Part shown: in pieces, positions 9,051 through 17,707 of the stretch
Layout of the letters: every line of letters starts with the position of its first letter
Numbering within the stretch: position 1 is the first letter of the stretch
DNA from: Erysipelotrichaceae bacterium
GTDB taxonomy: Bacteria > Bacillota_I > Bacilli_A > ML615J-28 > CAG-313
Reading direction: 5' to 3'
DNA length: 64,000 nt
NCBI GenBank assembly: GCA_015059015.1
Contig: SVBG01000001.1
Location: 10,026 to 74,025 of the forward strand
Position numbers and translations under genes: made by a program
Notes under the pieces: model-generated
Told to the model about the DNA's origin: nothing
The model's input: the letters and a program-made list of their open reading frames with translations, nothing else
The model's database searches: none

Positions 9051-9430
9051 TATTTACAAATAATTTTTATAATGTTATATTGTTATTATAAATGAGTTTT
9101 TAAGGATTTTTGTTATATATTTTAATTTTTTGCGTCCTGGTTTCTTAATATTGTTTTTTTCTTTAAAAACTCTTTATAATTTTTAATTTCTTTTTTATTT
9201 GGTTAGATAAAAATAGATTTTAAAATTTATTTTCATATAAAATATTTACAAATGTTTTATATGATACTATACTATCATTGTGAATGAGTTTTTAAAGATT
9301 CTGGCAATTTTTTTACCTCCTTAATAGAAAAAATATTATAATTTCCAAATTGCTTTTTTTGCTCCTTTCTTAATAATTATTTTTCTTTAAAAACTCTTTT
9401 AACAAAGAATTAATATTCAATTGTCAAATA
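9051..9430. repeat. Imperfect tandem duplication (about 190 bp x 2) of a noncoding element
   Basis: The segment 9051-9240 is mirrored by 9241-9430. Both copies share TTTACAAAT(A/G)...TATAAT/TATGAT, gaatgagtttttaa(a/g)gatt and ttctttaaaaactcttt. In each copy GAGTTTTTAA(A/G)G and CTTTAAAAACTC form a 12-bp inverted repeat about 65 nt apart. Confidence 0.6.
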
Positions 9431-9544
9431 AAGTTTAGTTATGACAATTGAATATTTTTTTGTTTAAACTTTTGTTTTATCAATATTCATAATGAATTTA
9501 TAAAAATATGTTATACTATAACTAGATATAAGGAGAAAAGAGTT

Positions 9545-11479
9545 ATGGAATTTAAAACTCAAGAAGAATACTTACTTGCGCTTGCGGAAGCAATAAAATA
9601 TTTAAATCCAAAAGATGCAACTAAAGTACTAAGATATTACGAAACAAGAATTACAAACGCAATAGAATATGGTGAAAAAGAAGAAGATGTAATAAGAAAC
9701 TTACCAGATGTTGAAACTGTTGCAAAAGAAACATATGAATCACATGGTGTTAATTATTTAGCTATGCGAAAAAAAATAATGAAAAGAAAAGAAATTACAA
9801 GTAATATAATTGGAGTAATTGTTAGTTTCTTCATTGTGGTTGGATTTTTTGTAATTATGTTCTTTTTAGGACAATCTATTGTTAATATGTTTAGTCTTTT
9901 AATTAATGTAATTAAATCTAGTTCTGGTGTTGATGTGTTTATTACACCTTTTGCAATAGTACTATATATATTATGTATAATTTTACTTATTATATATTTA
10001 TTGGATTTATTCTTAATATTAATAGCTAACTTCTTAGGACCAGTTATTAAACTAAAAGATCAAGATAAACATCGTAAAATATTTACATTTACAGTAACAG
10101 GATTTATTGAAGATAAATGTAAACATCAAAAAGTTCAACCAAAACTTCTTGTTTCATTTATTGTTTTATTAATTATTTGTATTTGTGTAAGTTATTCGAC
10201 TAATGGATATTTTAAAAAGAGTTTAAACGATACTCCAAGTCATTTAAACACGTTAACATTTGAAGACAATTTTACTGATATTGTTATTAAAGGATATAAT
10301 GGAAATATTTATTTTAAACAAACTGATAGTAATACTATAATATTAGAACATCAATATGAATTTGAACATGATTTAAATTTAAAAATAGAAAATAATACGC
10401 TTAATATTAATCTTGAAATGACTAAAGCGTATGATGTATTTAATTTATTAAACGAACCAACGCAAAATTTAATTTTCCACATTCCGAGTAGTTTTACAAA
10501 TAAAAATATTTTAATAGAAATGGATAAAAGTATTATTGATATTTCTGATATTAGTAATATTAATAATATCGATTTATTAGTTAAAACAAAAGGAACAATC
10601 AGTGTTGTTAATTCTGAAGCATTTAATTTAAATGTAAAAGGATATGAGATTAATTTAGCTATCGCAAAATCAAAAATAAATGATAATATATATATTGAAA
10701 CATCAAAAGGACAAACTTTAGTTCAGCAAGAAAGTAACCTTAATAATGTAGAACTTATTAATAATTCTAGTTATATTAAGTTTGATAATAGCACTATTAA
10801 AAACTTAAAAATTGAAAATGCATCTGGAACAATCGAATTTATGAAAATGACTGGTACAACACTTGATATAAAATCAAGACAATCAGTTAATACATATGAT
10901 GATTGTGAATATGATAATATTAAATTAAATGTATCCAATTCGTCAAAACTTACACTTAATAGAACTATTAGTAATAATATAGATATATCTTTAGATAATT
11001 CACAACTTTTATTAAACTATATAAAAGGAAATATAAGAGTAAACGCAACATCTGGAACAGTATATTTATCTAGTGTAGGTGAAAATCATGAGTTAGCTAG
11101 TGAAAATTATAATAATGAAATTGAAACTAATGTGAAAATCTACAATAAAGGTAGTGCTTGTAAAGTAGAAGCAGTTGATTCTAAAATAAATGATTTATTA
11201 ATAAATCAAGAAGGTGGATTTATTAATTTAAGTAAGTCATCTATTACTACAGGTTCTCTTAACGCAACAGATACTGAAACAATTGACTTAATTGATTTAC
11301 AAGGTGATCAAATCGATTTATTTATAGCAAATGTAAAACAAACTTTTATTATTGATGCAGAAAAAAATACCGGGATTAAATATGTAATTAAGACAATTGA
11401 TACACTTTCTTTTGCACGACTTCTTGCAGATAGTGAAGTAGTAACAGTTATAAATGAGGCAGTAGATGCAAATGAATAG
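9545..11479 (+). CDS. Membrane protein with an N-terminal helical DUF1700-like domain, 3-4 TM helices and a long Asn/Ile-rich C-terminal beta-rich domain (DUF4097/YvlB-like putative adhesin architecture)
   Basis: Architecture and composition only. The RBS AAGGAGAAAAGAG precedes the ATG. Confidence 0.45.
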   Translation: MEFKTQEEYLLALAEAIKYLNPKDATKVLRYYETRITNAIEYGEKEEDVIRNLPDVETVAKETYESHGVNYLAMRKKIMKRKEITSNIIGVIVSFFIVVGFFVIMFFLGQSIVNMFSLLINVIKSSSGVDVFITPFAIVLYILCIILLIIYLLDLFLILIANFLGPVIKLKDQDKHRKIFTFTVTGFIEDKCKHQKVQPKLLVSFIVLLIICICVSYSTNGYFKKSLNDTPSHLNTLTFEDNFTDIVIKGYNGNIYFKQTDSNTIILEHQYEFEHDLNLKIENNTLNINLEMTKAYDVFNLLNEPTQNLIFHIPSSFTNKNILIEMDKSIIDISDISNINNIDLLVKTKGTISVVNSEAFNLNVKGYEINLAIAKSKINDNIYIETSKGQTLVQQESNLNNVELINNSSYIKFDNSTIKNLKIENASGTIEFMKMTGTTLDIKSRQSVNTYDDCEYDNIKLNVSNSSKLTLNRTISNNIDISLDNSQLLLNYIKGNIRVNATSGTVYLSSVGENHELASENYNNEIETNVKIYNKGSACKVEAVDSKINDLLINQEGGFINLSKSSITTGSLNATDTETIDLIDLQGDQIDLFIANVKQTFIIDAEKNTGIKYVIKTIDTLSFARLLADSEVVTVINEAVDANE

Positions 11480-12161
11480 TATTTTTTGTGGTATTGAAAA
11501 ACTATCATTAGTAGATTTTGATGGAAAACTATCATGTACACTATTTACTGGTGGTTGTAACTATCGTTGTCCTTTTTGTCACAACTCACCTTTAATTAAT
11601 GAACAGCCATTTCTTGATTTAAATGAAATTCTTACTTATTTAGAAAAAAGAAAAAAAATGCTTGATGCGGTAGTTATAAGTGGTGGAGAACCGACATTAC
11701 ATAAAAATCTTCCAGATATATTAAAAGTAATTAAAGAATTAGGTTATGTAATTAAACTTGATACTAATGGAACTAATCCTAAAATGCTAAAAGAGTTAAT
11801 TGAAGATAAATTAATAGACTATGTTGCAATGGACATTAAAGGAAGTTTAAATAACTACTATTTGATTACTGGAGTAAATAATCCATTATTAGATAATATT
11901 AAAGAATCTATTAATATATTAAAAGAATCAAATATAGATTTTGAATTTAGAACTACATTAGTAAAAGAATATCATACTCTAGAAACTATTAATGAAATGA
12001 AAGAGCTTTTAAAAGGAACAAAAAAATTATATTTACAAAAATTTGTTTTACGTGAAACATGTCTTGATCAATCATTAAATGAAGTAGATATTAATCTAGC
12101 AAAACAGTATAAAGAAATTTTAGAACAAGCTATTGAAAAAGTATATCTAAGGGGATATTAA
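11466..12161 (+). CDS. nrdG: Radical-SAM glycyl-radical activating enzyme, most likely the anaerobic ribonucleotide reductase activase NrdG
   Basis: CNYRCPFCHN (CxxxCxxC) cluster near the N-terminus; about 230 aa; an nrdD gene lies 6 kb away; the gene overlaps the upstream gene by 14 nt. Confidence 0.7.
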   Translation: MQMNSIFCGIEKLSLVDFDGKLSCTLFTGGCNYRCPFCHNSPLINEQPFLDLNEILTYLEKRKKMLDAVVISGGEPTLHKNLPDILKVIKELGYVIKLDTNGTNPKMLKELIEDKLIDYVAMDIKGSLNNYYLITGVNNPLLDNIKESINILKESNIDFEFRTTLVKEYHTLETINEMKELLKGTKKLYLQKFVLRETCLDQSLNEVDINLAKQYKEILEQAIEKVYLRGY

Positions 12162-12243
12162 TATTTAAATACGCATATCAATTGAAAATAAAAAATTAAT
12201 TTGTTAAAATAGGTTGAAAAATTTGGTTTTAAGGAGAATAGTA

Positions 12244-12360
12244 ATGAAAAAAGAATTTGAAACTCCAACAATAGAAATTATTTACTTTGACGATCAAATC
12301 AATTTAGGACCTACCGATGAATGGTATGATTCTAATGTTGACATGGGTGGTTGGATTTAA
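12244..12360 (+). CDS. Conserved 38-aa peptide MKKEFETPTIEIIYFDDQINLGPTDEWYDSNVDMGGWI. It is paralogue 1 of 3 and a candidate RiPP precursor or secreted/regulatory peptide.
   Basis: The RBS AAGGAGAATAG lies 5 nt upstream. Comparison with the other two copies shows about 10 synonymous versus 4 nonsynonymous codon changes. The stop overlaps the next ATG (TAATG). Confidence 0.6.
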   Translation: MKKEFETPTIEIIYFDDQINLGPTDEWYDSNVDMGGWI

Positions 12361-12527
12361 TGTCTAAACTATTAAAATATTTTTTAATAGGTTTTGTAGC
12401 AATTGCAGCAATTGTACTTGCATGTACAGTCTATAGTTGTTCGTTAGATGATGACACTGATAAAGATAAAGATGATGAAATTGGTGAATTCTACGACGAA
12501 AATGTAGATCCAGATGGTTGGATTTAA
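12360..12527 (+). CDS. 55-aa peptide with an N-terminal TM helix, an acidic linker and the C-terminal motif YDENVDPDGWI shared with the 38-aa peptides
   Basis: MSKLLKYFLIGFVAIAAIVLACTVYSCSLDDDTDKDKDDEIGEFYDENVDPDGWI. Its start is translationally coupled to the upstream peptide (TAATG overlap). A terminator follows. Confidence 0.5.
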   Translation: MSKLLKYFLIGFVAIAAIVLACTVYSCSLDDDTDKDKDDEIGEFYDENVDPDGWI

Positions 12528-12546
12528 AATAAATGACTAAAATAAA

Positions 12547-12585
12547 ATAGTAGTTTACTTTGATTAGTAAACTACTATTTTTCTT
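12547..12585 (+). terminator. Rho-independent terminator ending the small-peptide operon
   Basis: atagtagtttac-tttgatt-agtaaactactat followed by ttttt. Confidence 0.65.
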
Positions 12586-12837
12586 TTATAAATCTTTAAA
12601 GTTATACCTTTATATACTTAATAATTATACTACTAAACACTCAAATTATCAACAAATAAACTAATTATTCACTATAAAAGTAGTAAAAATATGGAAATAT
12701 AATAAATCTATAAAGGTATACTTTTTTATCTAGTTGACAAAATGAAGTATAGTATGTATCTACTTTTTTGTAACATAAGTATACCATTTATATTTTTATA
12801 ATGTAATTTAAAATGAAATCGAAAGGAATAAATATAA

Positions 12838-15800
12838 ATGAAGAAACTATTATTTAAATTATTATGGGTTTTTATATTAGTATTTTCTTTAACATTTGGT
12901 TGTCTAATAGCATTAGATAATAAACAATCAAATGTTAAAGCTACGGATGTAACTAATCCTAAAATTGAAATTCTAAAAAATAATGTATCTTATAGCGATA
13001 GTATTTATATTGCGTATGCTGTTGCGTGTGAAGGTTTTGAAATTAATAAAAATACTATTAACCTATTATTTTGGAACACAACACAAGAAAATTATCTTAA
13101 AGGCACAGAAGATTCTTTAGGTACAAGTAAAGGTAAAACAAACATTAATGGTAAGCAATGTTTAGTATTCTATTCAGAAGGTTTAGCAGCTAAACATATG
13201 ACAGATGATTTATATTCAAGAGCATATGTTGTGGTAGATGGTGTTGAATATTACTCCGAAGTAGTAAAATTTAGTGTTCTTGAATATGTTTATAAAATGA
13301 AAGAAGAAGCAACACTTAATCCACATCAACAAAGATTGTTTGATACATTACTACAATATGGTGGTGCAGCTCAAGATAATTTCGATTATAATACTAATAA
13401 GAAAGCTGATGCAACTTATTATAAAATTGCAGTAAATGAAGGGATTCTTCCTGATGGATTTAAACACGGAAGATACCAATTAAATGAAAAAGTAGTAATC
13501 AAACCATTATCTAAACCTGGTCAAAAATTTTCTCACTGGTTAGATCAAAATGGTATAATTGTTAGTTATGATAAAGAATTTGAAATCACAGTAACAGATA
13601 AAAATGAATATACTGCAATTTATAAAGATATAACTAATGTATCTAGTCAATTAAAGATGGAATATGAAGTAACATATGACGCAACAGTTGATGATTTAGA
13701 TTTACCAAATGCTGTAAATATAACAATCGGTGAAGAAACATATACACATGAAATTGTATGGGACTTAACAACATTTATGGAAAATAAAGTTGGTAAACAA
13801 AAACTATATGCAAGTTTTGTAGATGAAACTCTTTATACTGAATATAACCTTACTAAAGAAGATATTTATGTCGAAGTAAATGTATTACCATATACATATG
13901 AGTTAGATCAAGAAACTGGAAACTTTACACTTACAGGATACTATGGAACTGACGAATTAGTTGAAATCCCATCTATTTATAAAAATACAACTGTTACAAA
14001 GATTGCTACAAAAGCATTTAATGAAGTAATGACTTTAAAAGAAGTAGTAATCCCTACAACAATTGAAGAAATCGGTCTTGGTGCATTCTATTATTGTGAT
14101 AATATTGAAAAAATGACAATTCCTTTTACAGGTAGAAAATTAACTGACTATTTAACAAATAATTATTCACATTTTGGGTATATTTTTGGTGCTGTTTCAT
14201 ATGAAAATCAAAAAGATTTTGTTCCATTAAAATTAAAATCTATTACTTTAATAGAAGGTTCAACAATTATTGGAGTTGGCGCATTTAATGGATTAAGTCA
14301 AGTTGAAGAATATAATATTCCTGCTTCACTAGAATATATTTATGCATATGCATTTAAAGATTGTACGTCATTAACAAGTTTTTATATTAATGAAAATCTA
14401 AAAGCAATTGGACTTGATGCTTTTGTTGGATGCACTAATTTGAAAAGAGTAGATGTTGATAGTATGGAAGTTTTATTTTCTATAGATTGTGCTCAAGGAT
14501 GGTCGGGCGGATCTGAATTTTACACACCATTACAAAATGGAGCCGATTTATATATTAATGGGGTATTAATTACCGAAATTACTTTACCTTCATATGCTGT
14601 TAGAATAAAAGGTTTATTAGTTGGTTGTTCTAGTATTGAAAAAATTATTATACCTAATTATATTACTGATATAAGTTATGCGTTTAGCAATATGCAAAAT
14701 TTAAAAGAGGTAATATTTGAAGAAGATAGTACTTTAGATAGAATTGGTAGTTATGCATTCAGTGGTTGTATATCTTTATCTAATATTGAACTTCCTAATT
14801 CTATTATAACTTTAGGATGCGGAGCATTTGAATCTTGCGAAAGTATTTATACTATTGATATCCCAGAAGGAGTGACAAATATTGAAAGTTATGCTTTTAG
14901 TAATTGCATCAATTTAAATAGCATCACACTTCCAAGTAGCTTAAATGAAATAGGTTTAATTGCTTTTGAACGTTGTAGTAATTTAACAAGTATAGAAATT
15001 CCAAATAATGTTTCGGTAATAAAATATGGAACTTTTATGTACTGTTCAAATTTAATTTCTATTTTGCTACCATCTAATTTAACTACAATTGAAGGTAATG
15101 CTTTCTATGGTGCTGGTTTAACTAGCATAGAAATTCCATCACGTGTAAGAACTATAGATTCAAATGCTTTTTATGCTTGTGAATCATTATACACAATTTA
15201 CAATAACTCAGAACTTAATTTAGAAATCGGTAGCACTGATAATGGATACTTAGCATATTATGCTAAAGAAATTACTGATAAGGATGGAAACATTTATACT
15301 AATGATGGATATACATATGTTACAAACGATGATTTTGTATTTGAGTATTATAATGAAGAATATAAATTAATTTCGTATATTGGTGATAAGGAAACAGCTA
15401 CATTACCATTAGATGTAAATGGAAATCCTTACAAAATCTATAATTTTAAAGGGTTAAAAAATGTAATAATTCCTGATGGTATTACTGTAATAGATGATGA
15501 TGCATTTTATGAATGTCAAACTTTATCAAGCATAACTATTCCAAACAGTGTAATATCAATTGGAGCAAGTGCATTCGAAAGTTGCATAAATTTATTAAGT
15601 ATAACAATTCCTAGTAGTGTAACAAGTATTGGAGCAGATGCATTTAATGATTGTGAATGTGAAATAATTTGGGATAATCCAACGATTGAAAATATTGGAT
15701 ACTGTGCATTTAATGGTTATAAAGGTAAAAACATAGTAATTCCACAAACTGTAAAAACTATTGATAGCTATGCATTTTATAATTTATATAATGTAGTAAA

Positions 15801-16758
15801 TGTATATTATCTTGGAACTATTGAATCATGGAATAATATTGTATTTAACACTAATACGGCAAACCCAATGTGTTCGGCTGAACATTTCTTTATGAAAAAT
15901 ACACAAAATGAATGGTTTGAATTAATTGAAATTAAATTACCTAATACAATTACTTCCATTGGTGCTTATGCGTTCTCAGGATTTGAAAATTTAGATAGCA
16001 TAACAATACCAAGTAGTGTAACAAGTATTGGATCGGGCGCATTTAATGATTGTGTATGTAAAATAATTTGGGATAATCCTACAATCGAAACGATAGGATC
16101 TAGTGCGTTTAAGAGTTATAAAGGAACAAGTATAACAATTCCTTCAAGTGTAACAACAATTAATTCTTATGCATTTGAAAACGCTACATGTGAAATATTA
16201 TGGGATAATCCTACAATCGAAACGATAGGATCTAGTGCATTTGAATATTATAGAGGAACAAGTATAACAATTCCTTCAAGCGTAACAAGTATTGGATCAA
16301 GTGCATTTAGCAATGTAACATGTGAAATATTATGGGATAATCCAACAATAGAAACGATAGGATCAAGTGCATTTGCAAATTATAAAGGAAATAGTATAAC
16401 AATTCCTTCAAGCGTAACAAATATTGGATCAAGTGCATTTTATGGTTGCGAATGCGAAATAATTTGGGATAATCCAACAATAAAAACTTTAGGTTTTGGT
16501 TCATTTATGGGTTATATAGGTAAAAGTATTGTTATTCCAAGTAGTGTAACTACTATTTCATCTTATGCATTTTCTGATTGCGGAAATTTGCAAACTATAA
16601 TAATACCTATAAGTGTTACTAATATTGGAGGTAGTGTATTTAAAGGTTGTACAAATTTAACAATTTATTATGAAGGAACTGAAATTCCAACAAATTGGAA
16701 TTCTAACTGGAATCCTTCTAATTGTTCTGTGGTTTTAGGATATAAAGAAGAAAACTAA
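12838..16758 (+). CDS. Secreted multidomain BspA-type LRR protein, paralogue B. It has a signal peptide, a conserved N-terminal domain of about 250 aa, a Listeria-Bacteroides-type (Flg_new-like) repeat, a Big_4-like Ig domain, LRR_5-type repeats and four C-terminal CE(I/L)(I/L)WDNPTIE repeats.
   Basis: Signal peptide MKKLLFKLLWVFILVFSLTF. The N-terminal domain is homologous to those at 27845 and 57385 (e.g. LAAKHMTDDLYSRAYV, LEYVYKMKEEA, YGGAAQDNFDYNT, ATYYKIAV). The Flg_new-like segment is KPLSKPGQKFSHWLDQNG and the Big_4-like segment is EVTYDATVDDLDLPNAVNITIGEETYTHEIVWDLTTF. Confidence 0.85.
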   Translation: MKKLLFKLLWVFILVFSLTFGCLIALDNKQSNVKATDVTNPKIEILKNNVSYSDSIYIAYAVACEGFEINKNTINLLFWNTTQENYLKGTEDSLGTSKGKTNINGKQCLVFYSEGLAAKHMTDDLYSRAYVVVDGVEYYSEVVKFSVLEYVYKMKEEATLNPHQQRLFDTLLQYGGAAQDNFDYNTNKKADATYYKIAVNEGILPDGFKHGRYQLNEKVVIKPLSKPGQKFSHWLDQNGIIVSYDKEFEITVTDKNEYTAIYKDITNVSSQLKMEYEVTYDATVDDLDLPNAVNITIGEETYTHEIVWDLTTFMENKVGKQKLYASFVDETLYTEYNLTKEDIYVEVNVLPYTYELDQETGNFTLTGYYGTDELVEIPSIYKNTTVTKIATKAFNEVMTLKEVVIPTTIEEIGLGAFYYCDNIEKMTIPFTGRKLTDYLTNNYSHFGYIFGAVSYENQKDFVPLKLKSITLIEGSTIIGVGAFNGLSQVEEYNIPASLEYIYAYAFKDCTSLTSFYINENLKAIGLDAFVGCTNLKRVDVDSMEVLFSIDCAQGWSGGSEFYTPLQNGADLYINGVLITEITLPSYAVRIKGLLVGCSSIEKIIIPNYITDISYAFSNMQNLKEVIFEEDSTLDRIGSYAFSGCISLSNIELPNSIITLGCGAFESCESIYTIDIPEGVTNIESYAFSNCINLNSITLPSSLNEIGLIAFERCSNLTSIEIPNNVSVIKYGTFMYCSNLISILLPSNLTTIEGNAFYGAGLTSIEIPSRVRTIDSNAFYACESLYTIYNNSELNLEIGSTDNGYLAYYAKEITDKDGNIYTNDGYTYVTNDDFVFEYYNEEYKLISYIGDKETATLPLDVNGNPYKIYNFKGLKNVIIPDGITVIDDDAFYECQTLSSITIPNSVISIGASAFESCINLLSITIPSSVTSIGADAFNDCECEIIWDNPTIENIGYCAFNGYKGKNIVIPQTVKTIDSYAFYNLYNVVNVYYLGTIESWNNIVFNTNTANPMCSAEHFFMKNTQNEWFELIEIKLPNTITSIGAYAFSGFENLDSITIPSSVTSIGSGAFNDCVCKIIWDNPTIETIGSSAFKSYKGTSITIPSSVTTINSYAFENATCEILWDNPTIETIGSSAFEYYRGTSITIPSSVTSIGSSAFSNVTCEILWDNPTIETIGSSAFANYKGNSITIPSSVTNIGSSAFYGCECEIIWDNPTIKTLGFGSFMGYIGKSIVIPSSVTTISSYAFSDCGNLQTIIIPISVTNIGGSVFKGCTNLTIYYEGTEIPTNWNSNWNPSNCSVVLGYKEEN
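16051..16580 (+). repeat. Four near-identical in-frame tandem repeats of 132 bp (44 aa), with a fifth diverged copy at 15652-15780
   Basis: The unit is C(E/V)C(E/K)I(I/L)WDNPTIETIGSSAF-x-YKGxSITIPSSVT(S/N)IGSSAF. The copies are close to DNA-level identity, e.g. tgggataatcc(t/a)acaat(c/a)gaaacgataggatc(t/a)agtgc. Confidence 0.75.
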
Positions 16759-16762
16759 ATTA

Positions 16763-16795
16763 AAAGTAGTATACGTTTGTATACTACTTTTTCTA
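16763..16795. terminator. Bidirectional terminator between the LRR gene (+) and trxB (-)
   Basis: aagtagtatac-gtttg-tatactactt flanked by T-runs and A-runs. Confidence 0.6.
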
Positions 16796-17701
16796 TTTTA
16801 GGTTATTAATGTAATTTACAGCATTCATAGCTGCAATAGCACCATCACCTACTGCAGTTGTAAGTTGACGTACTTGTTTAGTTCTACAGTCACCTGCTAC
16901 ATATATACCAGGTGTTTTTATTGTTGTATCAGTTGAAATGATATATCCTTTATCATCTAAATCAACAATGTTTTTAAATCTTTCATTATTAGGAACTTGT
17001 CCTATTGCAATAAAGCATGCATCTACATTACATATTACTTCTTCGTTTGTTTTTGTATTTTCAAATTTTAAACCAGTAAGTTCATCCTTATGTAAGAATT
17101 CTTTTAATGATATTTCTTTTGTAACAATAATATTATTTTTAGATGATAGTCTATCAACTAATGTTTGATCTGCAAAGAACTTATCAAATAACATACATAA
17201 ATATACTTTATTACATATATCAGATAACATTAAAGTATATTGTAAAGCTGTATTTGCATCGCCTATTACTGCAACATCTTTTCCTTTATAGAATGCACCA
17301 TCACAAACCGCACAGTATGAAACACCTTTACCAATTAATTCTTCTTCATGTGGAATATTAATTGTTCTATGTTTTACACCTGCTGCAATAATAACAGATT
17401 TTGCAAGATATGTATTGTAGTCTGTAATAACAGTAAAACAATCATTTTCTTGTTTTATTTCTAAAACATCTTCACATTCAAATTCAACACCTAGTTCCAT
17501 AATTTGTTCAAACATATTGTTTGAAAGTTCAAGCCCTGATATTTCTTTAATTGATGGAAAGTTTTCTACTTTAGGACTTGATGCAATTTGCCCACCAAAT
17601 GATTCTTTTTCAAATATTTTAACTGTTTTTCCACTTCTTTTAGCGTAAAGAGCAGCTGTCATTCCAGCTGCCCCTCCGCCAATTACGATAATATCAATCA
17701 T
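16793..17701 (-). CDS. trxB: Thioredoxin-disulfide reductase
   Basis: N-terminal FAD motif IGGGAAG, redox-active CAVCDGAF, NAD(P)-binding GDANTALQ, 302 aa. It lies 7 nt downstream of nrdD on the same strand. Confidence 0.85.
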   Translation of the reverse strand: MIDIIVIGGGAAGMTAALYAKRSGKTVKIFEKESFGGQIASSPKVENFPSIKEISGLELSNNMFEQIMELGVEFECEDVLEIKQENDCFTVITDYNTYLAKSVIIAAGVKHRTINIPHEEELIGKGVSYCAVCDGAFYKGKDVAVIGDANTALQYTLMLSDICNKVYLCMLFDKFFADQTLVDRLSSKNNIIVTKEISLKEFLHKDELTGLKFENTKTNEEVICNVDACFIAIGQVPNNERFKNIVDLDDKGYIISTDTTIKTPGIYVAGDCRTKQVRQLTTAVGDGAIAAMNAVNYINNLK

Positions 17702-17707
17702 AATTAA

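Noticed and set aside
12838-12950. Lipobox in the LRR protein signal peptides (LTFGC)
   Set aside because: The residues before the Cys (T-F-G) do not fit the L-(A/S/T)-(G/A)-C lipobox. These are more likely type I signal peptides. Only the amidase protein (LTAC) has a canonical lipobox.
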